From: Candidatus Hydrogenedentota bacterium
GTDB lineage: Bacteria; Hydrogenedentota; Hydrogenedentia; Hydrogenedentales; JAEUWI01
Reading direction: 5' to 3'
NCBI GenBank assembly: GCA_016791475.1
Contig: JAEUWI010000022.1
Location: forward strand, 9,658 to 73,657
DNA length: 64,000 nucleotides
Positions within the stretch are counted from its first letter, which is position 1, and each line of letters starts with the position of its first letter. Under the pieces are notes generated by a model, which was not told the DNA's origin, did not search any database, and saw only the letters and a program-made list of their open reading frames with translations. Positions 17,735 through 26,856 of this stretch are shown piece after piece. A program made the position numbers and the translations under genes.

Positions 17735-18828
17735 CAGCGGATTTCCAGCGCGGCTTCGAGAGCGCCCGCCTTGTGGATGGCATCGAAGATGGCGATCATG
17801 TCCCTCGGCGTGAGACGCAACGCGTTGAGGGCCTGGGCCACTTCGGCGGCCGAAGTGCCTTGAACTGGTGCGAGGTAAACTTCCGGTTCCTCGACTTCCA
17901 CGTCCGCATTCTCCACCACAATCGGCTCCGCATCCGTAAAGGGCAGTGCGGGCACGGGTGTCGCGGTCGTGGCAATCTTTACTGTCAAGCTGCCGTGGGC
18001 GACCTGACAGGGCTTGATCATGACATCGCCGCCAACGACGATGGTGCCGGTCCGCTCATTGATGATAACCACGGCGGGCTGCTCAACGTCCACCTTCAGT
18101 TTGTTGAGCTCGGCAATGAAGGCGATGAGGTCGCCCTGCTTCTCCAGGGGAATCTTGACCCGCACCGCGCCGCCGGACAGGGCATCGGCCGTGCCCTCGC
18201 CGTAGAGTAGATTAATCTGTTCGCGGATCCCGTCCGCCGCTTCAAAGCTGGGGTTCTTCACCAGGAGCGTAAGGCGCTCGCCGTCCGTGATGGATGCGGG
18301 CACTTCCGTTTCCACCAGGCCCCCGCCCGGAATGCGCCCGACGGTGCCGTGGTTCTTGCGTACCGAGGTGCCCGAGGAAACGTCCGAGTCAAACCCGCCC
18401 ACCGAAACCGGGCCGCTGGCCACGGCGTACACCGTGTCGCCGGAAGGTCCGCGCAGATAGGTTTCGAGTAGCTGGCCGCCTTCGATCGTCTTGGCGTCAT
18501 AGATCGACTGTACGGTTACGTCGATGGTGGTGCCCTCCTTGGAAAAGGGCGGCAGGGTGGCGGTAACCGTGCAGATGGCCACGTTCTTCGAACTCAGCGT
18601 GTCCAGATCCTGAATATCGAGACCGAGTCGGTCGAGGACGTTCTTCTGGGCGAGCGTAGCCGCTTCCGCGCTGTCGCCCGTACCGCGCAGGCCCACAACG
18701 ATGCCGACGCCGCTGAGCGTGTTGTCACGCGCGCCCTGAACGTCGCAAAGGTCGCGAATGGCCATGGCGGCGTGGGTGTTGGCGCCAATGACGAGTGTCA
18801 GGAGGGCTGTATAGATTCTCAGTTTCAT
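17734..18828 (-). CDS. flgI: flagellar P-ring protein FlgI
   Basis: ORF 17734..18975 trimmed. ATG 18828 (MKLRIYTALLTLVIGANTHAAMA) has GGGAG about 10 nt upstream; ATG 18837 is an alternative. Hallmark IRDLCDVQGARDNTLSGVGIVVGLRGTGD. Confidence 0.9.
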   Translation of the reverse strand: MKLRIYTALLTLVIGANTHAAMAIRDLCDVQGARDNTLSGVGIVVGLRGTGDSAEAATLAQKNVLDRLGLDIQDLDTLSSKNVAICTVTATLPPFSKEGTTIDVTVQSIYDAKTIEGGQLLETYLRGPSGDTVYAVASGPVSVGGFDSDVSSGTSVRKNHGTVGRIPGGGLVETEVPASITDGERLTLLVKNPSFEAADGIREQINLLYGEGTADALSGGAVRVKIPLEKQGDLIAFIAELNKLKVDVEQPAVVIINERTGTIVVGGDVMIKPCQVAHGSLTVKIATTATPVPALPFTDAEPIVVENADVEVEEPEVYLAPVQGTSAAEVAQALNALRLTPRDMIAIFDAIHKAGALEAALEIR

Positions 18829-18914
18829 TCTCTGCATGCTCCCACATCCGCGACAGGTCTTCCCCTGGGGACTTCGACGGGGACAATCCTTCCGCATACC
18901 CAATCTAACCGGCA

Positions 18915-19556
18915 TTAGAACGGCGAGAACCAGTCGAGCACCCGTGTTACCAACCCACGGCGCTGGTTGTTCCACAGGGGCCCTTTGCCTTTGACGAGCA
19001 CGCTGGCATCGGCGACCTGGGTCGACTGGATCGTATTCTGCGCCGTGATATCCTTGGATCGGATAATGCCGCTGACCGTGACGATGGAGTCGTCGCGATT
19101 CACCGTAACTTGCTTATCACCCGATATCTTCAGGTTGCCATTGGGAAATACTTCCACGACCGTACACGTGATGGAGGTTGTCAGTGTGTTGCGGCGTCGG
19201 GTATCGCCCGTGTTCTTGGTTTCATTTTCCGACTGAATGTCCCAGTTGGGAAGTTCGCCCGGATTGAGAATGTTGTTGCCGTCGGGCTGCTCGGCCACGA
19301 GGAAGGGGTTCGCGGCGGCGGCGGCATCCGCCTTGACGTCGCTTTCTTTCTTCGTGTTGGTGCCGGCGCTGGTCGTGGCATTCAGGGTTTCGCGGACGAT
19401 CACGGTGACGATGTCGCCCACTTCAAAGCGATCCAGCTTCTCGGACACCGTGGTGGCGTCCTTGGCGGTTTGCTGGGAGAAAAGGGAATCCGCCGGCGCG
19501 CCGGAGGCCAACGCCGCGAGCACCACGGCCGTCAAGAATTTGTTTGTGTGCTTCAT
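18915..19556 (-). CDS. flgH: flagellar L-ring protein FlgH
   Basis: ORF 18915..20126 trimmed to ATG 19556 (ATGA overlap with the flgA stop). Signal MKHTNKFLTAVVLAALASGA. FlgH pattern VGDIVTVIVRE ... ITCTVVEVFPNGNLKISGDKQVTVN ... VSGIIRSKDI. Confidence 0.9.
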   Translation of the reverse strand: MKHTNKFLTAVVLAALASGAPADSLFSQQTAKDATTVSEKLDRFEVGDIVTVIVRETLNATTSAGTNTKKESDVKADAAAAANPFLVAEQPDGNNILNPGELPNWDIQSENETKNTGDTRRRNTLTTSITCTVVEVFPNGNLKISGDKQVTVNRDDSIVTVSGIIRSKDITAQNTIQSTQVADASVLVKGKGPLWNNQRRGLVTRVLDWFSPF

Positions 19557-20521
19557 CGTACCTCCACTACCCCATCCGCGCGCACCACGCCCTGGAATTC
19601 TTCCTTGGTTACGGGATTGGCGCACACGATGACATCGCCTTCTTTCCCGTCCATCATGGCTTTCGCCTGATGCTGAATCTTGATGACCGAGGTGCTCAGT
19701 TCCACCGGCACCATCTGATTGCGCTTGATCAGGCGGCGCAACTCCACCACGCGGGTGGTCACCGGCTGCCCGGGAAAAATGGTCTTGCGCGCAACGAGGC
19801 CTTCCACCTCCGACATGTCCGTCACTGCCCCATCCGGCGCCGTGGCGAGAGAGACGGTCTGCATGACAAGCTGGCTTGCCGATACGGGACGCCCCCGGGG
19901 AATGTCGGCCGCGGCCACGACGATTTCCTGGTAGGTATCGATCGATGCGCGCAGGACAACGGTCCTGTAGAGCGCCCCATCGATCAGAACGTTTCCGCGA
20001 AAGTTGGCCGGACCCACGAATTTGTACTGGGGACTGGCGCGCCACTCGATGGTCATTTCCCCTTCCGGCGTCATGAGGTTCTGACGGGGCAGAGGCACGT
20101 CGATCTCGGTGACCTCCGGGTCCCACGGCATTTCCAGTTCAATGTACTCCCGCAGGGAGGCCGCCATGGCCTCCGGCGTCAGTTCGATCGACAGGGTCGT
20201 AGCGCGAATTTGTGAAGGACGATCAGGGTCCAGTTCGCCCAAATCGACGCCCGCATGCTCCAGGCGCGCTTCAACAAGGCTGGCGGTCAACTGCTTGGAC
20301 GCGCCGGGCACCGCGGCGCCCGAAACCTCGATGGTCGCCAGACGCTCCATGAGTTCCGGCTCCTTCACCTCCACTAGATCGCTCAGGTAGACCTTGGGGC
20401 CTTTCACGAGAACTTCGTCCTTTATCTTTACGGTGCTCGCTTCATCCGCGGGCGCGATCACGGCGAAGAGCAGGCACAACGCCGCGCCGAGGGCTCTTCT
20501 CAAGTTGCTTCGCTGGTTCAT
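19553..20521 (-). CDS. flgA: flagellar basal-body P-ring formation chaperone FlgA
   Basis: Signal peptide. The C-terminal SAF/FlgA pattern is present (VVAAADIPRGRPVSASQL ... GLVARKTIFPGQPVT ... LIKRNQMV). It sits between flgG and flgH. Confidence 0.8.
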   Translation of the reverse strand: MNQRSNLRRALGAALCLLFAVIAPADEASTVKIKDEVLVKGPKVYLSDLVEVKEPELMERLATIEVSGAAVPGASKQLTASLVEARLEHAGVDLGELDPDRPSQIRATTLSIELTPEAMAASLREYIELEMPWDPEVTEIDVPLPRQNLMTPEGEMTIEWRASPQYKFVGPANFRGNVLIDGALYRTVVLRASIDTYQEIVVAAADIPRGRPVSASQLVMQTVSLATAPDGAVTDMSEVEGLVARKTIFPGQPVTTRVVELRRLIKRNQMVPVELSTSVIKIQHQAKAMMDGKEGDVIVCANPVTKEEFQGVVRADGVVEVR

Positions 20522-20543
20522 GGTGGCTCACCCGTGGTTACGG

Positions 20544-21332
20544 TTAACGCCGTACGTTGTTGGCGGTCTGAAGCATTTCGTCGGCGGTCTGGATTACCTT
20601 GGAATTGGCTTCATAGGCCCGCTGCGCAATGATCATCTGAAGGATTTCTTCCACCACCTGCACATTGGAGTTTTCGAGGAAGCCCTGAGTGAGTGTGCCC
20701 AGACCTTCAAGACCGGGCGTGGCCGGTGTGGGCGGGCCGGAAGCATCGTTTTCCATGAGCAGGTTGCGGCCCAATCGGGCATCGAGGCCCGCGGGATTCG
20801 GGAAGCGAACGAGTTCGATGTTGCCCACCTGGGTGGTTACGTTGCCGGGTTGGATGACGGAAACGGTGCCATCGGGGCCGATGTTTACCACTTCGGCGTC
20901 GTCGGGAATAACGATGTTGTCCGCAAGCAGATAACCGTCCGCGGTGAGCACCTGACCTTCGGCGTTTACCTTGAAGGCGCCGTCACGGGTGTAGCCCGTT
21001 GTGCCGTCGGGCAGGGTAATCTGGAAAAATCCTTCACCCTCGATGGCAAGGTCAAAGGGATTGCCGGTCTGAATGGAGCCGCCCTGGGTGTGGAGCTTGG
21101 CGATGGACGAAGGCCGCACGCCATGGCCAATCTGGATGCCCTCGGGGATGGTGGTGCCGTTGGCGGTCTGGGTTCCGGCGGGCTTGATGGTCTCGTAGAG
21201 AAGGTCCTGGAAGTTCACGCGGCTCTTCTTGAAACCGGTGGTGTTCACGTTCGCCAGGTTGTGGGCGATGGTGTCGATGTTCATCTGCTGGGCAATCATG
21301 CCGGTGGATGCGGTGAACAGTGAACGTATCAT
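20544..21332 (-). CDS. flgG: flagellar distal rod protein FlgG
   Basis: MIRSLFTASTGMIAQQMNIDTIAHNLANVNTTGFKKSR at the N-terminus. The C-terminus reads FLENSNVQVVEEILQMIIAQRAYEANSKVIQTADEM. GAGGAG lies 6 nt upstream. Confidence 0.9.
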   Translation of the reverse strand: MIRSLFTASTGMIAQQMNIDTIAHNLANVNTTGFKKSRVNFQDLLYETIKPAGTQTANGTTIPEGIQIGHGVRPSSIAKLHTQGGSIQTGNPFDLAIEGEGFFQITLPDGTTGYTRDGAFKVNAEGQVLTADGYLLADNIVIPDDAEVVNIGPDGTVSVIQPGNVTTQVGNIELVRFPNPAGLDARLGRNLLMENDASGPPTPATPGLEGLGTLTQGFLENSNVQVVEEILQMIIAQRAYEANSKVIQTADEMLQTANNVRR

Positions 21333-21365
21333 GGTCTTCTCCTCAAAGGCCCCGGGGGCGCGCGA

Positions 21366-22121
21366 TTACTGCGCGGCCACCTGATCGATCAGACGGCTGG
21401 TCGCGCCGTCTATGGCTTGAATAACTTTCTGATTGGCCTCATAGGCGCGGAGACCCAGCATCATGCTCGTCATTTCAACGGGAAGCTGGACGTTGGACAT
21501 CTCAAGGGCCCCTTGAACCAGAGCCGTTTCCGTGGCCGCGCCGCTCTGCTGGAGAACTTCGTCGCTGGCCCGATACAGATTGTCGCCCTCCCGCTCCAGT
21601 CGGGTGGGGTCCTGGAATTCAACGATTTGAATCTGTCCAGAGTCCGCCCCGTCCACCCGGACGGTACCGTCCTGGTCAATGGTGATCTTGGCGCCGGACA
21701 CGGCGATGGGGGCGCCGGTTGCGCCGAGGACCTTGTAGCCCTCGGCGGTGGCGAGTTCGCCCTGGGCGTCCATGGTGAAGTGTCCGTCCCGTGTATAGCG
21801 CTCGCCCTGGGGGGTGTTGACCACCACATAGCCGGGCCCGGTGACCGCCAGGCTGAGCGGATCCTCCGTGATCCGCAGGGAGCCCGGGGCAAGATTGGTG
21901 AAGGTCTCCACGCCTTTCACGCCGCCGGCCGGTGCGGCTTCGCGGTTGAAGTGAAAGGGGCTAATCATTTTTGGCGAGAGTACTTCGTAGAAGCCGAGCT
22001 GCACGGGCTGCAATCGTTTGTACCCGGGGGTCGCCGCGTTGGCCAGATTGTTGGCCACGATATCCTGCCGCTGCTCGACGGCGATCATGCCGCTTGCCGC
22101 TGTATACAGGCCGGAAATCAT
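21366..22121 (-). CDS. flgF: flagellar proximal rod protein FlgF
   Basis: MISGLYTAASGMIAVEQRQDIVANNLANAATPGYKR at the N-terminus. The C-terminus reads ALEMSNVQLPVEMTSMMLGLRAYEANQKVI. 251 aa. AGGAGA lies 8 nt upstream. Confidence 0.8.
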   Translation of the reverse strand: MISGLYTAASGMIAVEQRQDIVANNLANAATPGYKRLQPVQLGFYEVLSPKMISPFHFNREAAPAGGVKGVETFTNLAPGSLRITEDPLSLAVTGPGYVVVNTPQGERYTRDGHFTMDAQGELATAEGYKVLGATGAPIAVSGAKITIDQDGTVRVDGADSGQIQIVEFQDPTRLEREGDNLYRASDEVLQQSGAATETALVQGALEMSNVQLPVEMTSMMLGLRAYEANQKVIQAIDGATSRLIDQVAAQ

Positions 22122-22296
22122 TGCCTCGCTCTCCTGTTCGTGCTATCGAAACACCCCGTGGGGGGTGATGCGTTCGAGTTGGCCTGGGCACATATCCCGC
22201 GACGGATCCGGCTGCCAATGGGTAACAGACCGTAAGGCGCCAGGCCAACCACTCTTGGAATCGATTCAATGGGACTCAAACCGATGCCTGTACAAG

Positions 22297-22311
22297 GCAA
22301 GACTTGTGCCA
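22297..22311 (-). promoter_or_regulatory. sigma54 (-24/-12) promoter upstream of flgF
   Basis: The minus strand reads TTGGCACAAGTCTTGCC. TGGCAC is at 22311-22306, followed by N5, and TTGC is at 22300-22297. It lies about 175 nt upstream of the flgF ATG, in the divergent intergenic region. Confidence 0.65.
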
Positions 22312-22474
22312 AGGAGAAAGAAGGCGAAAACAAAGGAAAATCGAGAGAAGGAACGCGGGCGAACGGCACATCTTGCCGCGCCTGGGGAAGTTTTTGCACC
22401 CGTACCGTGCCGGACCCTGGCCCTGCGGCCATTCGGTCTTGCAATCCCCGCGCGGCGCAAAAGACAATGGGACG

Positions 22475-23053
22475 ATGCATCCACCAACCTTTCAGAACAA
22501 AGCCGAAGCCCGCGTCTGGGCCTTGCGCCGCCGCGCCGCGATCCCCGAGTCCGATCGGGACGCAATTGCTTCCAAGTCCATCGCGCGGCTGTTGACCTCC
22601 CCACTCCTTTCGCAGGCCGACGCAATATTGACGTATGTGGGGAGCAAAGGCGGTGAACTGGATACACGTCCGCTCATCGGCGAAGCCATCGCGATGGGAA
22701 AGTCCGTTCTGGTGCCGGTCACGCGGCCCGGCGGCGTGATGCGCTGGTCGCAATTGGAGCGTCTGGCGGACCTGGAAATGACCCCGCTCGGCATCCTGGA
22801 ACCGCGATCGGCTGCGCTCTCGTGGGTGGAACCCGCTGACGGACTATGCGTGGTGCCCGGCGTCTGCTTTCGGCGGGATGGGCACCGGATCGGCTTCGGC
22901 GGCGGCTATTACGACCGCTTCCTGGAAACCTTTGCGGGCAAGGCGGTTGCCCTGGCGCCGGAGGCGTTGTTTGGCGTGGACTTTCCCGTGGAAGCGCATG
23001 ATCGCCCCGTGTCGGTCGTTTTCACCGAGGCCGGCGCCCACGCTGCTGGCTAA
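22475..23053 (+). CDS. 5-formyltetrahydrofolate cyclo-ligase
   Basis: ORF 22304..23053 trimmed to ATG 22475. Hallmark VVPGVCFRRDGHRIGFGGGYYDRFL, plus LVPV and ILTYVGSKGGELDT. Confidence 0.8.
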   Translation: MHPPTFQNKAEARVWALRRRAAIPESDRDAIASKSIARLLTSPLLSQADAILTYVGSKGGELDTRPLIGEAIAMGKSVLVPVTRPGGVMRWSQLERLADLEMTPLGILEPRSAALSWVEPADGLCVVPGVCFRRDGHRIGFGGGYYDRFLETFAGKAVALAPEALFGVDFPVEAHDRPVSVVFTEAGAHAAG

Positions 23054-23108
23054 TCGTGGCGAGATGAGTACCCCGCAACGTCCAGGCGATTCAACTCATC
23101 CACGCCCC

Positions 23109-23897
23109 CTACTTTCGGATGAGGCGCAGCATTTCCTTGTGGATTGCTCCATTGGTGATGAGAACGCCCAGCTTACCATCAAAAAGGTGCAGGGGCTTGC
23201 CATCGAGCCGGGAGGCCATGCCGCCCGCTTCTTCCACAATGAGTTGGGCGGCGGCGTAGTCCCACGGGTTGAGCGTCATGTGAAGAAAGGCATCGAGATC
23301 GGCCGAGGCAATCTGGCTGATGGCGGAGACGGCGGACCCGTAGCCGCGCAACTGGCCCGAGTGGCGGATAATTTCCTGGCCCCGTTCGAGCCAGGCGTCG
23401 CGATCTTCCATACCGCCAAAATCCAGATCCACTTTGGCGTCGGCGAGCGTCTGGACTTCGGAGACGACGAGGCGCCGCTTGCCGTGGTAGGCGCCGGCCC
23501 CCTGCTCCGCCGTAAAGATCGTATTCAGTCCGGGCAGCGCAATGCCCGCCGCCACGGCGCGCCCGTGGATGGCGAAGGCAATGGAGATGGCGTAGACGGG
23601 AAAGAGTCCCCGAACGAAGTTGTTGGTGCCGTCGATCGGATCCATAACCCAGCAACGGGCCTCGGGATCTTCCGGGCCCCGGGCATACTCTCCCTCTTCC
23701 GCCACGATCTCATCGCCAGGGAAGATGCGCCGAATCTGGTCGATGGCGCGCTTCTGCAGGGTCAGATCCACTTCGGTGAGCAGGTCATTGGCATCTTTTT
23801 TTGAGGTAACGGTGATGGCGTCCCGTGCGGCAAACTTGTCGCGCGCATAGGCCATGTTATCTTCAAGGAACTTCTTGATGAAACCCAATTCCGTCAT
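23109..23897 (-). CDS. inositol monophosphatase family protein (SuhB-like)
   Basis: Motifs WVMDPIDGTNNF, VAEEG and YGSAVSAISQIASADLDAFL...WDYAA. Confidence 0.85.
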   Translation of the reverse strand: MTELGFIKKFLEDNMAYARDKFAARDAITVTSKKDANDLLTEVDLTLQKRAIDQIRRIFPGDEIVAEEGEYARGPEDPEARCWVMDPIDGTNNFVRGLFPVYAISIAFAIHGRAVAAGIALPGLNTIFTAEQGAGAYHGKRRLVVSEVQTLADAKVDLDFGGMEDRDAWLERGQEIIRHSGQLRGYGSAVSAISQIASADLDAFLHMTLNPWDYAAAQLIVEEAGGMASRLDGKPLHLFDGKLGVLITNGAIHKEMLRLIRK

Positions 23898-24215
23898 GAG
23901 CTACTCCGAATCGGCGGGGCGCGCCATCGGGATAAGGCGACGACGCGGGGACTAAAACACACTTTTAAAAATTTTGTAACATATTAACATGTGCGGACGC
24001 CTGAGGGCACGCTGCGAATGGACCAGGAGACGAGGGGGCGCGTTGTTTTGGGTGAGTACAGTCAAAATTTCGTTACTCCAGGGACGCAAATTGTAACGAG
24101 ATGCCGCTCCTGAGTCTTCGCCGCAGAAAGAGCTCCGCCCGGCTCCGAAACCAAAACATCCGCAACCCCATTTACAACAACAACTTAACTCAATCGAAAG
24201 CCTGAGTTCGTCCGC

Positions 24216-24230
24216 TGGCACGCCAATTGC
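24216..24230 (+). promoter_or_regulatory. sigma54 (-24/-12) promoter upstream of the pilin gene
   Basis: CTGGCACGCCAATTGCC. TGGCAC is at 24216-24221, followed by N5, and TTGC is at 24227-24230. It lies about 100 nt upstream of ATG 24333. Confidence 0.65.
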
Positions 24231-24332
24231 CTTTGTTAAAGCGTCAGTTGAAAGTAAATTGATGATGGCCCGAGCGGACCACCATAGTACGGCTAACGTC
24301 GAATACACCCCCACAACAGAGGAGAGTACGCC

Positions 24333-24764
24333 ATGAAAAAACTGAACCAGGGTTTCACATTGATTGAATTGATGATCGTTGTCGCCATTATTGCCATCAT
24401 CGCGGCCATCGCGATTCCGAACCTGCTCCGTTCACGGATGCAGTCGAATGAATCCAGCGCGATCGGCAACCTGCGCACCATCGTGGGCTCGGAAGTGGCC
24501 TATCATGCGGCGAACTATGAATACACCGCGGACTTTGCCGACCTGACGGGCGCCACCCCGGCCTTCCTGGACGGGAACTGGGGCGCGACGAAGAGCGGCT
24601 ACAACTTTGTCCTTGGCGGCGACGCGAACAATTTCACGGCGAACGCGAATGCGGCCGTGTACGGCACCACGGGCGGCAAGGGCTTCTTTACCGACTCCAG
24701 TGGCGTGATTCGTTACGCCGACGGCGCCGATGCCGACGCGTCCAGCGATCCGATCGGCGAATAA
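24333..24764 (+). CDS. type IV pilin-like protein (prepilin-type N-terminal cleavage/methylation domain)
   Basis: Class III signal MKKLNQG/FTLIELMIVVAIIAIIAAIAIPNLL with Glu at +5. 143 aa. GGAGAG RBS. No other pilus genes are nearby. Confidence 0.85.
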   Translation: MKKLNQGFTLIELMIVVAIIAIIAAIAIPNLLRSRMQSNESSAIGNLRTIVGSEVAYHAANYEYTADFADLTGATPAFLDGNWGATKSGYNFVLGGDANNFTANANAAVYGTTGGKGFFTDSSGVIRYADGADADASSDPIGE

Positions 24765-24788
24765 GCCCCCACGCCGTAGTCACCCATT

Positions 24789-24821
24789 GCGCCGGGCCTT
24801 CGGGCCCGGCGCTCTTTTTTT
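24789..24821 (+). terminator. rho-independent terminator
   Basis: Stem GCGCCGGGCC (24789-24798), loop TTCG, stem GGCCCGGCGC (24803-24812), then TCTTTTTTT. Confidence 0.85.
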
Positions 24822-24856
24822 GTCCAACGAGGGGTGTTTCCGATCAGGAGGGCGGT

Positions 24857-25636
24857 TCAGAAGTCGAAATCGTCATCATCCTGATGGGCGGCGGCGACGG
24901 CGCGGTACTCGGCGCAGGTGCTCCACATGATGGCGACGCCGAGGCATTCGAGATAAATGATGGGGATGTTGACCGGCGCTATTATCCAGGGCAGGCCCCG
25001 CATGGCTTCGGGCACGCTGCTCAGGATCAATTCGAACAAAATAAGCTGTAGAAAACCCAGTCCCGCGACGAGGAGCGTGCGGGGCAGAAAATGGAGCATG
25101 GGCATGAGCGCCTCGGCAAGGCGCAATTCTTTGAGCCCGCCGTGATGCATGAGGCATACGCCTATGGGAACGTAAATCAGATTCCAGGCGAGGGCGAAGA
25201 AGCTGAGCAAGGTGGCCATGGCGACCTGTCCCTGATCGAACATGCTGCTTTGAAGCTGCATCAGGGTGAAGTAGAACAGATTGAGCATGATCCAGATCAC
25301 GGCATAACGGGCGATGGCCTCTCGGTCGCTGAGGCACTTCCAGAGGGGCCGGTCGATGTCGGCGCCGAGTCGGGCGTAGGCGCAGGCCTGCAAGAGCGAT
25401 ATCAGGCAGGCCAGCGCGATGTCCGCGACCAGATGGGACGCGATGTACCAGGCGGGCTTGGGCTTGATTTCGGCGAGCTGATCCGGGGTGAGAAGGGCCC
25501 CGCCGGTGAGGAGGCGATCGAATTCGTTGCTGGCGAAGCGGTACAGGGCCACCACGGCCACACACAACAGGATATAGAGAAAAATGGCGCGCCAGTTCCG
25601 GACCAGGGCGCGCTCCGCATTGGTGATTAACGTCAT
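24857..25636 (-). CDS. multi-pass membrane protein, unknown function
   Basis: 259-aa ORF with about 6 hydrophobic segments. It is the last gene of the co-directional trio with the PilZ gene. No family recognised. Confidence 0.5.
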   Translation of the reverse strand: MTLITNAERALVRNWRAIFLYILLCVAVVALYRFASNEFDRLLTGGALLTPDQLAEIKPKPAWYIASHLVADIALACLISLLQACAYARLGADIDRPLWKCLSDREAIARYAVIWIMLNLFYFTLMQLQSSMFDQGQVAMATLLSFFALAWNLIYVPIGVCLMHHGGLKELRLAEALMPMLHFLPRTLLVAGLGFLQLILFELILSSVPEAMRGLPWIIAPVNIPIIYLECLGVAIMWSTCAEYRAVAAAHQDDDDFDF

Positions 25637-25659
25637 GAATAAGAACCCTGCACACCGCG

Positions 25660-26757
25660 CTACAGCGAATAGGAATCTTCGCTGGCGCTCTGTTTCTGTT
25701 TGAGAAAAATATAGCGGGTGATGGCGTCGCGCGTCTCATCATCCATGGCGACGAATCGACCGCGCACGATGGAGCGTCCGCCGCCCACATTCTGAGCACC
25801 GGTCGGCCGTACGAAGGCCACAATGGGACGAGCGGAATCGGGGAGCTCAAAGGGTACCCGCATCAGGACTTGTTTGGGTACGGGCTGTTGGAAATGCACG
25901 GCCATGCCGCCGCCGCTGAGACTGGTAATACGACCATAGATCTGGGTCACGGCCTCGTTGGCTTCGAGGCTGACCGGTTGCTCGTCGGGAGTGCCATTGA
26001 GAATGCCGACCCGCACGGTCGCGTCGAATCGGATCCGGTAGTGCGCGCGGGCCTGGTTTCTGGTCAGGGTGTCGGCATGATTGACGCGCCAGACCCGTGG
26101 CTCTTGCTCCACCTGATACACGCTTGTTTCAAAGAGATAGCGCGCATCGTCTTCGCGCCACATCCGAAACTTGATGGCCTCTCCCGGCCCGAACTCGGGC
26201 GTTCCGTCTTTTCCGATAGCCGCGAGATAGAAAAAGGCTTCGTCGACCTTGACCGTCTTGAAGTGGAACCAGCGGGGCTCCAGACCGGAGGCGGGCGACC
26301 CCCACAGGATCTGGCCGTCGTAGAGTTCCCGGGTCGAGTGGATTCGCCGCCCGATCGGCACGTAGTCGAGGCCGAGGCGGCTCCGCACGTCCCTCAACTG
26401 GGCACCCCGCTGGGCGATGGTCTCGGCGCCCTCGGTGGCGCGCAGGGCCTGAAAATAGCGCGCCATGCATTGGTCAAAGACGAGCCGTCGCGAGACAACG
26501 CGCGCGGGATGTTCCGGCTCATACTGGTTGATGATGGCCAGAAGGAGACTCCGGTCATCGCCGCGCACTTCACGCTCGTCAAAGAGATCGCGAATCTGAC
26601 GCAATTCCGCTTCGCGCATCAACTTGCGCTCATGCCGGCGGCGGCGCACTTCGATGAGCACGGCGAGCGCCAGGATGGCCAGACCAACGCCGATGGCGAT
26701 GGCCATGATGCGCCCGTCGGCCAGGGGCCATACTATGAACTGGGAAGGGTCGGACAA
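25660..26757 (-). CDS. PilZ domain protein (YcgR-like) with N-terminal transmembrane helix
   Basis: PilZ motifs RAHYR (RxxxR) followed by ITSLSGGGMAV (D/NxSxxG-like). N-terminal TM IMAIAIGVGLAILALAVLIEV. The start is TTG 26757 (AGAGGA 9 nt upstream) or ATG 26706. Confidence 0.7.
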   Translation of the reverse strand: MSDPSQFIVWPLADGRIMAIAIGVGLAILALAVLIEVRRRRHERKLMREAELRQIRDLFDEREVRGDDRSLLLAIINQYEPEHPARVVSRRLVFDQCMARYFQALRATEGAETIAQRGAQLRDVRSRLGLDYVPIGRRIHSTRELYDGQILWGSPASGLEPRWFHFKTVKVDEAFFYLAAIGKDGTPEFGPGEAIKFRMWREDDARYLFETSVYQVEQEPRVWRVNHADTLTRNQARAHYRIRFDATVRVGILNGTPDEQPVSLEANEAVTQIYGRITSLSGGGMAVHFQQPVPKQVLMRVPFELPDSARPIVAFVRPTGAQNVGGGRSIVRGRFVAMDDETRDAITRYIFLKQKQSASEDSYSL

Positions 26758-26856
26758 GGACCAGAATCCTCTTACTCGGGTGGCTGCACGCCGGAGACAA
26801 GGGCTGATTGTGTCAAAGAGACCGGCGACAAAACAAGGCGATGCGGGGCTCGGAGC

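Noticed and set aside
18915-20126. 403-aa version of the flgH ORF extending 570 nt upstream into flgA.
   Set aside because: The extension is Arg/Gly-rich and overlaps flgA in another frame. ATG 19556 gives a signal peptide and an ATGA junction with the flgA stop.
24078-24100. GGGACGCAAA in the pilin leader, reminiscent of the conserved core of c-di-GMP-I (GEMM) riboswitches.
   Set aside because: I could not find the flanking GGCAAAC/GNRA tetraloop hairpin or the P2 receptor helix. The element also lies upstream of the predicted sigma54 promoter, so it would not be in the transcript.
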